DNA of 64,000 bases from Candidatus Undinarchaeota archaeon (lineage in GTDB: Archaea > SpSt-1190 > JASMDC01), in the NCBI GenBank assembly GCA_964519305.1, contig CAZFHY010000010.1, positions 64,001-128,000 on the forward strand. Reading direction: 5' to 3'. Positions 45,183 to 53,923 of the stretch are shown one piece after another; the first letter of the stretch is position 1; the number at the start of each line of letters is the position of its first letter. Position numbers and translations under genes: made by a program. A model generated the notes under the pieces. That model did not search any database. It was not told the DNA's origin and saw only the letters and a program-made list of their open reading frames with translations.

Positions 45183-46481
45183 TCACACGTCCTTGAGCCG
45201 TGCCGAGAAGGAGGAGTCCTCGCCCGAGATGTTAGTGACCACCAGCCAGAGGACCCCGTCCTCGGCGATGTCGATGTCCGTCACACCACCATCGAAGGAG
45301 TCGGCCACGAGGGTTGGCCCCGAAGGCGCCACGACGCCAGCGCGCAACCGGAGCCTTCCGGGGGCAGGGCTCTCCACCCGCACCGTGTCCCCCGCAGTGA
45401 CGCTGGTCTTCATGAACGACATCCCACCACGACCGGACACGTCGACATAGGTACTCGCAGAGAGCCCGGTCGCCGTCACCTCGCCGAGATTGAGCCGCTC
45501 GAACCCGTACACGCCTCCATCGAACGAGGTGTCGTTCACCGCGATGGCCAAGCCCAGGTCAGCGTACACGGTGTCGAGGTCGAGCGTAGGATCGATATCC
45601 CCGAGACGTGCGTCCAGCGAATCCTTCCCATGCAGCGGATCGGCCGTGATCTCCTTGACGAAGCCGTTCCCGAACCGCTCCCAGAGGTAGTCGCCGAAGA
45701 GCATATAGAGACCGTAGTGCCCCTGCCCGATTTGATCGGGGATGAGCGGATGGGACGGGTCGCGCAACCATGCGTCGACCCACTTCTCGTCCGCACCATA
45801 CCCGGTGACCACCATCGCCACCTCGCTCATGGCCTCGTTTAGCCAGCTCTCCTCCTCCGCGTCGTGGCCCCAGTGGATGAGGTGCTGTAGCTCATGGGCC
45901 TGTACTGAGAGCATGTAGTCCGAGTCGGGAGCGTAATGGAGCGTGTTGATATGGAGGGTCTCGTGACGGTTGGACACGGGGACGTCGAGCTGGTCCTCGA
46001 CCTTGAAGTAGCCGTCGAACCCGTGCCCGTTGTACGATCCCATCTCGTACAGGAACAGGTATACCTTCGGATCGTTGTCGAACTCATCCGGTGGATCCCC
46101 GAACAGTCCGGTGACCTGGTCGTAGATACCACGCTCGGGATCAGAGGGCGTTCCCTCGTCCCATGCCTTGATGAGATTGTCCACCGTTCTCTCATCGACG
46201 GAGTGGCCCCAGGCCGCGTCCTCGACGACGACGTAGACGTTCCTCCCCTCACCGCGGACGCTGGCCGCGATCTGCTTGTCCCGGGGAGGCATCACCGAGA
46301 GGTCCCACACCCACCACATATCGTTGGCAGGAGCGTACGGTCCAGAAGGTGTCACACCGCGGTCATCATAGGCCGGAGGGTACTGACAGAAGGGCCGGTG
46401 GGCCGCTCCATATTCCGGGATCGGGTCCCCTGGCTCTGGAACGTACTCCACGACCTCGTCAACGGGACCTGTGTCCTCCAT
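45183..46481 (-). CDS. Zinc metalloprotease (M30/M6-like)
   Basis: FGDPP.FDND.KV, GYF, AHELQHLIH and WLNEAMSE; start ATG 46481 or GTG 46493. Confidence 0.78.
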   Translation of the reverse strand: MEDTGPVDEVVEYVPEPGDPIPEYGAAHRPFCQYPPAYDDRGVTPSGPYAPANDMWWVWDLSVMPPRDKQIAASVRGEGRNVYVVVEDAAWGHSVDERTVDNLIKAWDEGTPSDPERGIYDQVTGLFGDPPDEFDNDPKVYLFLYEMGSYNGHGFDGYFKVEDQLDVPVSNRHETLHINTLHYAPDSDYMLSVQAHELQHLIHWGHDAEEESWLNEAMSEVAMVVTGYGADEKWVDAWLRDPSHPLIPDQIGQGHYGLYMLFGDYLWERFGNGFVKEITADPLHGKDSLDARLGDIDPTLDLDTVYADLGLAIAVNDTSFDGGVYGFERLNLGEVTATGLSASTYVDVSGRGGMSFMKTSVTAGDTVRVESPAPGRLRLRAGVVAPSGPTLVADSFDGGVTDIDIAEDGVLWLVVTNISGEDSSFSARLKDV

Positions 46482-46489
46482 CGGACCGC

Positions 46490-48037
46490 TCACTGGTTGC
46501 CCTGCTGCGACTGCAGGTAGATCTGGAGCCACAGAGGGATCTCGAAGGCCTCCTCGATGGTGGGGTTCCGCTTCTGCATGAGCTCATCCCACGAGGTGTC
46601 CTCAGCGAATCCTGTCTTCTCATACAGCTCCTTGTAGTGATCGTACTCCCGCTGCACGCTGGGGACGTAGATGTGGAGCCCCGTCGCAGTCCCATGGGAC
46701 TGGGCGTTGTGCTGCTCGGCGACGACCACCTGTCCGATGGACTCGAGCACCTTGTTGGCAGCATCGCGCACCGCGGGTTCGTACTTCTCGTTAGCAGCGA
46801 GCCGCTCGGCCAGGTCACCCAGGTCCACTAGAGGCTCCGGGAAACCGAGAAGAGGATGGGTACCGAAATGGAGGCTGGCGTCGTTGGCCTTGTTGAACTC
46901 CTCCATGGGGACCTTGGATTCGAGAAGAGCATCGGCCAGTCCGTCCACGGCCTCGGCCACCTTGGGCATCTTGCCCACTTCGGTGGCGGAAAGGGTCCTG
47001 AGGTTCTGCTGGTCGTTCTCGGCCTCCTTTACTATAAGGTAGCTCATCAGCTTGGGCGAGAGCTCGGGGCGCTGCCCGTCCTTGAACGCCTTGGAGTACT
47101 TCTCCATGACCACGAGCGCACGGTTGCCCATGATACCCTCGTAGGGCCAGCCTTCGGCGCCCTCCAGCTCCTCGCTGGCCACCAGGAAGTCGGTGACGCT
47201 CCGTACCTGGTAGGCACCCTCGGTTGAGGCCATCAGGCACGCATCGTACCCGAGCACGTCGATCTTGACGCCCGTCTTCTGCTTGACCTTGCCCAGGGCC
47301 TCCTGGACCTGTGCCCAGGTCATGGAATCGCTACCCGCAGAGTCGTCGGTGATGGAGCCTGTCCAGCCCATACCGTGGTCCGAGATGACGACCATGTAGT
47401 TCTTCGCGGGGAAGTTCTGGACGCCCCACTCCACGAAGTCCTGAAGGTTGGCGGGATCGGCCATGTCGATCTGACCTAGCTCGCCCAGAACTGGGGAGTT
47501 GAGCTCGCCCTTCGTAGCATCCTTCTGGAGGTGGTAGCGCCGGGCGCCGGTCCAAGCCCGCTTCGCCATGTCCGTCTTGCCCTCGGCCTTCTCGCCGCGG
47601 TCGAGCTGAACGACCACGTCCGCGTTGTCGGTGGAACCGATCTTCTCCATATCGTCCACGTCGGCGACCTGATAGGCCTCGAGGTTGTTGTCGGCAGCGG
47701 AGTAGACCAGGATGGTCCATTCCTTGCCTTCGGCCTGGTCGTCCTGGGCAGCATAATTGAGCGGGATGGAGGACGGGAGGGTGACCTGGTAATCGCCCAT
47801 ATCGATGACGTTGCCCTGCTTGGTCTGCTCGGTCTCGATGACGTACGCCGGCTGGGGGTCCGTGCCGGGAGGCGGGAGCGTGTTGGGGAGCATGCCGCCA
47901 CCGATGCCGACAATAGCACCACCGATGGTGGCTACAAGTCCAAGTCCTGCGGCGGCGTAGGTGGCCACCTGCTTGGTAGTAAGCCCCTCTTCCTTCTCGT
48001 TCGCTTCCGGTTCAGGTTCCTGCTCGACGTACATCAT
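46490..48037 (-). CDS. Clostripain-family (C11) cysteine peptidase 2
   Basis: WTILVYSAADNNL, SDHGMGW, GYDACLM; GGAGG RBS. Confidence 0.9.
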   Translation of the reverse strand: MMYVEQEPEPEANEKEEGLTTKQVATYAAAGLGLVATIGGAIVGIGGGMLPNTLPPPGTDPQPAYVIETEQTKQGNVIDMGDYQVTLPSSIPLNYAAQDDQAEGKEWTILVYSAADNNLEAYQVADVDDMEKIGSTDNADVVVQLDRGEKAEGKTDMAKRAWTGARRYHLQKDATKGELNSPVLGELGQIDMADPANLQDFVEWGVQNFPAKNYMVVISDHGMGWTGSITDDSAGSDSMTWAQVQEALGKVKQKTGVKIDVLGYDACLMASTEGAYQVRSVTDFLVASEELEGAEGWPYEGIMGNRALVVMEKYSKAFKDGQRPELSPKLMSYLIVKEAENDQQNLRTLSATEVGKMPKVAEAVDGLADALLESKVPMEEFNKANDASLHFGTHPLLGFPEPLVDLGDLAERLAANEKYEPAVRDAANKVLESIGQVVVAEQHNAQSHGTATGLHIYVPSVQREYDHYKELYEKTGFAEDTSWDELMQKRNPTIEEAFEIPLWLQIYLQSQQGNQ

Positions 48038-48045
48038 TATCCCTC

Positions 48046-49527
48046 CTACTGGTCTCCCTTACTCTGATTCGCCCGCTCCTGGAGGAACTCGTCCCACTGG
48101 GTGTCCTCTGCGAAGTCGAGCTCACCGTACCTCTCACCCTCGAAGGAGTACTTGCCCTCGAAGGGCACGTAGATGTGCAGACCATGGGCGTTGGGATGAG
48201 TGGCCTCGTTGTTCTGCTCGGCGACGACGACCTGGTCAACGGCCTCGATGACCTTTGCCGCGGCCTCGCGCACATCAGCGCCGTAGGCGTCATTGGCAGA
48301 TACCTTCTCGGCCAGTTCTACTGCGTCCACGAGCGGCTCCACGGACCACCACTGCCTCCCGAAGTGGAAGGATTCCTCGGCGATCTGGTTGAACTCGCTT
48401 ATTGGTACCTTGGACCCTCGCAGGGCCTCGGCGAACCCGTCCATGGCCTCGGCGACCTTGGGCATCTTCTCGACCTCGACGGCAGAGAGGGTGGGTAGGT
48501 TCCGCTGGTCGTTCTCGGCCTCCTTGACGATGAGGAAGCTCATCAGCTTGGGTGTGAGCTCTGGGCGCTTTCCATCCTTGAAGGCCGTAGAGAACTTCTC
48601 CATGACCACAAGGGCGCGGTTGCCCATGATGCCCTCGTATGGCCAGCCCTCGGCGCCCTCAAGCTCCTGGCTCGCCACCAGGTAGTCCGTCACGGACCGG
48701 ACCTGGTAGGCGCCCTCGGCAGATGCCATGAGGCATGCATCGTACCCGAGAACGTCGATCTTCGCACCGGTCTTCTGCATGACCTTGCCCAGGGCTTCCT
48801 GGACCTCGACCCATGTCATCTCGTGGTCCCCGGAGGAGTCGTCCCCGATGGCACCAGTCCATCCGGCGCCGTGGTCCGAGATGACGAGCATGTAGTTCTT
48901 GGCCGGGTAGTTCTGGACACCCCACTCGAGGAAGTCCGCCAGCACATCGGGATCGGCCATGTTGACCTGCCCGAGCTCGCCCATCATGGGGGAGTTGAGC
49001 TTCCCTTTCTCGGCGTCCTTCTGGAGGTGGTAGCGCCGGGCACCGGTCCAGGCCCTCTCTCCCGAGTCGACCTGACCCTCGGCGACCGTGCCGCGGTCGA
49101 CCTGGACCACGACGTCCACGTACTTGTCCGAACCGACCGTCTCCATGTCGTCGTTGTCGGCCATGAGATAGGGCTCGAGGTTGTTGTCGGCGGCCGAGTA
49201 GACGAGGATGGTCCACTCCTTGCCCTGTGTTCGGGCGTCCTCTGCCGCGTAGTTCAGCGGGATGGACGAGGGGAGGGTGACTGAGTAGTTACCCATGTCG
49301 ATGACGTTCCCCTGTGTGCTCTGCTCGGTCTCGGTCACATAGGCCGGTCTCGGGGTCGTGCCCGGGGGCGGCTGGAACGGAGGTAGGATATTTATGGCGC
49401 CACCGATGGCGGCCACGAGGCCCAGGCCCACAGCGCTGTAGGTAGCTACCTGCTTGAGCGTGAGCCCTTCCTCTTCTTCTCGTTCCGGTACTTCATCATT
49501 CTCGTTCTCGATGTACATCATGATCAC
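48046..49527 (-). CDS. Clostripain-family (C11) cysteine peptidase 3
   Basis: SDHGAGW and GYDACLM; close paralogue of peptidase 2 in the catalytic domain. Confidence 0.9.
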   Translation of the reverse strand: MIMMYIENENDEVPEREEEEGLTLKQVATYSAVGLGLVAAIGGAINILPPFQPPPGTTPRPAYVTETEQSTQGNVIDMGNYSVTLPSSIPLNYAAEDARTQGKEWTILVYSAADNNLEPYLMADNDDMETVGSDKYVDVVVQVDRGTVAEGQVDSGERAWTGARRYHLQKDAEKGKLNSPMMGELGQVNMADPDVLADFLEWGVQNYPAKNYMLVISDHGAGWTGAIGDDSSGDHEMTWVEVQEALGKVMQKTGAKIDVLGYDACLMASAEGAYQVRSVTDYLVASQELEGAEGWPYEGIMGNRALVVMEKFSTAFKDGKRPELTPKLMSFLIVKEAENDQRNLPTLSAVEVEKMPKVAEAMDGFAEALRGSKVPISEFNQIAEESFHFGRQWWSVEPLVDAVELAEKVSANDAYGADVREAAAKVIEAVDQVVVAEQNNEATHPNAHGLHIYVPFEGKYSFEGERYGELDFAEDTQWDEFLQERANQSKGDQ

Positions 49528-50787
49528 CTATTGAACATCACTGACCCGACGGGGTCTGCTTCATCTTCTCTGCTCGGTCCTTGAGCCACTCGTCCCACTG
49601 GGTGTCCTCGGCGAACTCCATCTGCTCGTACGCCTCACCGTCGTAGGATCCTGCCCACCAGCTCGACGGTACGTAGATGTGCAGCCCGTGGGAACCGGGA
49701 TGGCTCGAGTTGTGGTGCTCGGCCACGATCGCCTGGTCAACGGCCTCGATGACCTTGTTGGCAGCGAGCTTCACGTCCTTGCCGTACTGCTCGTTGGCAG
49801 CAAGGTTCTTTGCCAGGTCGACCACGTCCACCAGGGGCGATCCCCAGCCGTAATCCTGGCTGTTGCCCTCCACGGTGTTGAACTCGGTAACGGGTACCTC
49901 GGACGCGCGCAGCGCCTCGGCCAGCCCGTTCACGGCTGATGCCACCTTGGGCATCTTCTCGAGCTCTGTTGAGGAGAGCGTGTCGAAAGTGGCGGTATCG
50001 TTAGCGCCTTCCTTGACTATTAGATAGGAGTAGAGCTTGGGCGAGAGCGCGGGGCGGTCAGCGTCCTTGAAGGAGCGGTTGAACTTCTCCATGACGTCCA
50101 GGGCCCGCTGGCTGATGATGCCCTCGAAGGGCCAGCCCTCGACGCCCTCCAGCTCCTCGCTGGCCACCAGGAACCCGGCCGCGTCGCGGACCTGGTAGGC
50201 TACCTCGGTCGAGCCCATGAGGCACGCGTCGAAGCCGAGGATGTCGATCTGTGCGCCGGTGCGCTCCTTGACCTGCTCGAGCGCCTGGTCGAGCTCCGGC
50301 GTGGACATCTGTCCTGCGTGGTGTGAGCTGTCGTCGATGAAGCCCTCCCAGCCCGAACCATGGTCGGCGATGATGAGCATGTAGTGCTTGGCAGGGAAGT
50401 TGTTGACGGTGAACTCCACGAACTCCGCCAGTGTCTCAGGAGCGGCCATGTCCACCTGTCCGAGCTCCTCCAGCACCGGTGAGTTGTAGTTGATAGGGTC
50501 CGTGTCCTTCTGGATGTGATAGCGCCGGGCACCGGTCCAGTCACCGCCTTGCGGTGTGTCGGCGGTGTAACCGCGGTCCACCTGGACCACGATGTCCATG
50601 TAGTCGTTGGACCCCAGCTTCTCCATGTCGTTGATGTCGGTGAGCTGGTCGTTCTCGAGGTTGTTGTCAGAGGCGGAGTAGATCATGACGGTCCATTCCT
50701 TGGCCTCGGAGGGAACCCGGGCATCCTCGCCATACACAAGGGGGATGTCCTCGGGCAGGGTGACCTGGTATTCGCCCATGTCGATGG
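49215..50787. repeat. Copy 1 of a ~1.57 kb direct duplication
   Basis: Matches about 52130-53700 at an offset of 2913 bp across most of its length, including the intergenic CTATTGAACA (49528/52441). Confidence 0.85.
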
Positions 50788-50956
50788 CATCGGGACCGGT
50801 GACGGTCCCCTGCTGGTGGACGTAGGCGGGCTGCACCGGCGCGGCGCCCATGACTGGCGCCATCACGCCGCCGACGGCCGAGAGCACGCCCGCTGCAAGA
50901 GCGGCGTAGCCCGCGACCTTCCCGACAGGTGCTCCGTCACCGTCGGCCTCCTCCAT
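49538..50956 (-). CDS. Clostripain-family (C11) cysteine peptidase 4
   Basis: ADHGSGW and GFDACLM; start ATG 50956 (MEEADGDG) next to the upstream stop. Confidence 0.9.
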   Translation of the reverse strand: MEEADGDGAPVGKVAGYAALAAGVLSAVGGVMAPVMGAAPVQPAYVHQQGTVTGPDAIDMGEYQVTLPEDIPLVYGEDARVPSEAKEWTVMIYSASDNNLENDQLTDINDMEKLGSNDYMDIVVQVDRGYTADTPQGGDWTGARRYHIQKDTDPINYNSPVLEELGQVDMAAPETLAEFVEFTVNNFPAKHYMLIIADHGSGWEGFIDDSSHHAGQMSTPELDQALEQVKERTGAQIDILGFDACLMGSTEVAYQVRDAAGFLVASEELEGVEGWPFEGIISQRALDVMEKFNRSFKDADRPALSPKLYSYLIVKEGANDTATFDTLSSTELEKMPKVASAVNGLAEALRASEVPVTEFNTVEGNSQDYGWGSPLVDVVDLAKNLAANEQYGKDVKLAANKVIEAVDQAIVAEHHNSSHPGSHGLHIYVPSSWWAGSYDGEAYEQMEFAEDTQWDEWLKDRAEKMKQTPSGQ

Positions 50957-50957
50957 C

Positions 50958-52430
50958 CTAGGTACCCCCGTCCCGCTCGTTGGTCTCGGCCACCGCCCGC
51001 TCCACGAGCTCGTCCCAGTGGGTGTCCCGGGCGAACGCAGTGGCGCGGTACTCGTCACCATACTTCCCGAACACCCGATCGTCGAACGTGAGGAACACCT
51101 GCAGCCCGTGCGCGTCCCGGTTCTCCTCGTTGTGCTGCTCCGCGACGACCGTCTTCGCGAGTGCGTCGAGCACGCCCCGGGCAGCGTCCCGGACCACCTC
51201 GTCGCCGGCGTACGCGTCGCTTGCGAGAATCCTCTCAGCGAGGTCGCCCGTGTCCACGACCACGCCGTTGGCGTACCACCATAAGGTGTTGTCCCCCACC
51301 TCCTCGAACGTGCTCATGGACACGCCCGATGCATCGAGCGCCCTGGCGAGCGAGTCCATCGCCTCGACCACGTCGGGCATCCCGGACAGCTCGACCGCGG
51401 ACAGTGTCTCGATCACGTCCTGATGACGCTCGGCCTCGCTCACGATGAGGTACGACATGATCCGTGGTGTGAGCTCGGGCCGCTCGCCGTCCTTGAACGC
51501 ATCGGTGAACCTCTTGCCGACCCCCACGGCGGCTCTTCCAAGGAACCCGTCGTAGGACCAGCCGTCCGCCCACTCGACCGCCTCGCTGGCCACCATGTAG
51601 TCTGCCGAGCCACGCAGCCGGTACGCGACCTCGGTGGAGGCCATGAGGCACATGTCGAACCCGAGGACGTCGATTTTCACGCCCGTCCTCTCCTTCACCA
51701 CCGCCAGTGCTTCCTGCATCTGCGCCGGCGTCATCAGGGTCGACCCGCTGGCCGAGTAGTCCACTATGGCACCGTGCCAGCCGAGGCCGTGGTCGTGGAT
51801 GACGAGCAGGTAGTGCTCGGCGGGGAAGCTCGAGAGGCCCCAGGTGACGAAGTCCGCGAGCGTCGCCGGGTCGGCCATATCGACCTGCCCGAGCTCGGCC
51901 AGCACCGGCGACGTGATACCCACCTCGCCGTCGTCCCTCTGGAGGCGGTACCGCCGGGCGCCGGTCCACTCGCCGTGCCCCTCGGCCACAGCATCGGCCT
52001 CCACGCCCCGGTCCATCTGGACGACGACGTCCATGTACTCGCTGGAGCCCACGCTCTCCATCTCGTCGATGTTGTCCATCAGGTAGTGCTCCAGATCGTT
52101 GTCTCCTGCGGCGTAGACGAGCACGGTCCACTCCTTGCCCTCGGCCCTTTCGCCGTCTGCTTCATAGTTCAGCGGGATGGACGAGGGGAGGGTGACAGAA
52201 TAGTTGCCCATGTCGATGACGTTCCCCTGGGTGCTCTGCTCGACCTCAGTCACATAGGCCGGCTGCGGGGTAGTGCCCGGGGGCGGCTGTACTGGCGGGA
52301 GGATGCTTAAGGCGCCGCCGATGGCGGCCACAAGTCCTAGGCCAGCTGCACCGTAGGTCGCGACCTGTTTGAGCGTGAGTCCTTCCTCTTCTCGTTCCGG
52401 CGTTTCATCCTGCTCGTTCTCGATATACAG
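50958..52430 (-). CDS. Clostripain-family (C11) cysteine peptidase 5 (CTG start or start-proximal frameshift)
   Basis: HDHGLGW and GFDMCLM; the frame is open to CTG 52430 (LYIENEQDE..), while ATG 52434 is out of frame. Confidence 0.82.
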   Translation of the reverse strand: MYIENEQDETPEREEEGLTLKQVATYGAAGLGLVAAIGGALSILPPVQPPPGTTPQPAYVTEVEQSTQGNVIDMGNYSVTLPSSIPLNYEADGERAEGKEWTVLVYAAGDNDLEHYLMDNIDEMESVGSSEYMDVVVQMDRGVEADAVAEGHGEWTGARRYRLQRDDGEVGITSPVLAELGQVDMADPATLADFVTWGLSSFPAEHYLLVIHDHGLGWHGAIVDYSASGSTLMTPAQMQEALAVVKERTGVKIDVLGFDMCLMASTEVAYRLRGSADYMVASEAVEWADGWSYDGFLGRAAVGVGKRFTDAFKDGERPELTPRIMSYLIVSEAERHQDVIETLSAVELSGMPDVVEAMDSLARALDASGVSMSTFEEVGDNTLWWYANGVVVDTGDLAERILASDAYAGDEVVRDAARGVLDALAKTVVAEQHNEENRDAHGLQVFLTFDDRVFGKYGDEYRATAFARDTHWDELVERAVAETNERDGGT

Positions 52431-53700
52431 TCATAATCACCTATTGAACATCACTGACCCGACGGGGTCTGCTTCATCTTCTCTACTCGGTCCTTGAGCC
52501 ACTCGTCCCACTGGGTGTCCTCGGCGAACTCCATCTGCTCGTACGCCTCGCCGTCGTAGGACCCTGCCCAATAGCTCGACGGGACGTAGATGTGCAGCCC
52601 ATGGGAACCGGGATGGCTCGAGTTGTGGTGCTCGGCCACGATCGCCTGGTCTACGGCCTCGATCACCTTGTTGGCCGCGAGCTTCACGTCCTTACCGTAC
52701 TGCTCGTTGGCAGCAAGGTTCTTTGCCAGGTCCACCACGTCCACCAGGGGCGAGCCCCAGCCGTAGTCCTGGCTGTTGCCCTCCACTGTGTTGAACTCGG
52801 TGACGGGTACCTCGGACGCACGCAGCGCCTCGGCTAGCCCGTTCACGGCTGATGCCACCTTGGGCATCTTCTCAAGTTCAGTGGAGGAAAGGGTGTCGAA
52901 GGTGGCGGTATCGTTGGCGCCCTCCTTGACGATTAAGTAGGAGTATAGCTTGGGCGTGAGCGCGGGACGGTCGGCGTCCTTGAACGATTGGTTGAACTTC
53001 TCCATGACGTCCAGGGCCCGCTGGCTGATGATGCCCTCGAAGGGCCAGCCCTCGACGCCCTCCAGCTCCTCGCTGGCCACCAGGAACCCGGCCGCGTCGC
53101 GGACCTGGTAGGCTACCTCGGTCGAGCCCATGAGGCACGCGTCGAAGCCGAGGATGTCGATCTGTGCGCCGGTGCGCTCCTTGACCTGCTCGAGCGCCTG
53201 GTCGAGCTCCGGCGTGGACATCTGTCCTGCGTGGTGTGAGCTGTCGTCGATGAAGCCCTCCCAGCCCGAACCATGGTCGGCGATGATGAGCATGTAGTGC
53301 TTGGCAGGGAAGTTGTTGACGGTGAACTCCACGAACTCCGCCAGTGTCTCCGGGGCGGCCATGTCCACCTGTCCCAGTTCCGCCAGGATTGGTGAGTTGT
53401 AGTTGATGGGATCCGTGTCCTTCTGGATCAGATAGCGTCGGGCGCCGGTCCAGTCGCCGCCCTGAGGCGTGTCAGCGGTGTAGCCGCGGTCCACCTGGAC
53501 CACTATGTCCATGTAGTCGTTGGATCCCAGTTTCTCCATGTCGTTGATATCGGTGAGCTGGTCGTTCTCGAGGTTGTTGTCCGACGCGGAGTAGATCATG
53601 ATGGTCCATTCCTTGGCCTCGGAGGGCACGCGGGCATCCTCGCCGTAAACGAGGGGGATGTCCTCGGGCAGGGTGACCTGGTATTCGCCCATGTCGATGG
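52130..53700. repeat. Copy 2 of the ~1.57 kb direct duplication
   Basis: See 49215-50787. Confidence 0.85.
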
Positions 53701-53923
53701 TACGGGACTTGACGACATCCTGGGCCTCCGTGATGAAGGCGGGCCTGTGAGGCCCGGTCCCCGGAGCGGGCGCGGTATCGCCGGGACCCGCGGTGACGCC
53801 GATGGCGCCGCCCACGGCTGCAGCGAGGCCGAGGCCCAGTGCGACATACCCGCCGACCTTCTTGAGGGTGAGCCCTTCCTTCTCGTTCTCCAAGTCAGTT
53901 TCGTACTCTACGTCCATGATCAT
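52451..53923 (-). CDS. Clostripain-family (C11) cysteine peptidase 6
   Basis: Near-identical to peptidase 4 from IDMGEYQ onward; start overlaps the upstream stop (TGATG). Confidence 0.9.
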   Translation of the reverse strand: MIMDVEYETDLENEKEGLTLKKVGGYVALGLGLAAAVGGAIGVTAGPGDTAPAPGTGPHRPAFITEAQDVVKSRTIDMGEYQVTLPEDIPLVYGEDARVPSEAKEWTIMIYSASDNNLENDQLTDINDMEKLGSNDYMDIVVQVDRGYTADTPQGGDWTGARRYLIQKDTDPINYNSPILAELGQVDMAAPETLAEFVEFTVNNFPAKHYMLIIADHGSGWEGFIDDSSHHAGQMSTPELDQALEQVKERTGAQIDILGFDACLMGSTEVAYQVRDAAGFLVASEELEGVEGWPFEGIISQRALDVMEKFNQSFKDADRPALTPKLYSYLIVKEGANDTATFDTLSSTELEKMPKVASAVNGLAEALRASEVPVTEFNTVEGNSQDYGWGSPLVDVVDLAKNLAANEQYGKDVKLAANKVIEAVDQAIVAEHHNSSHPGSHGLHIYVPSSYWAGSYDGEAYEQMEFAEDTQWDEWLKDRVEKMKQTPSGQ

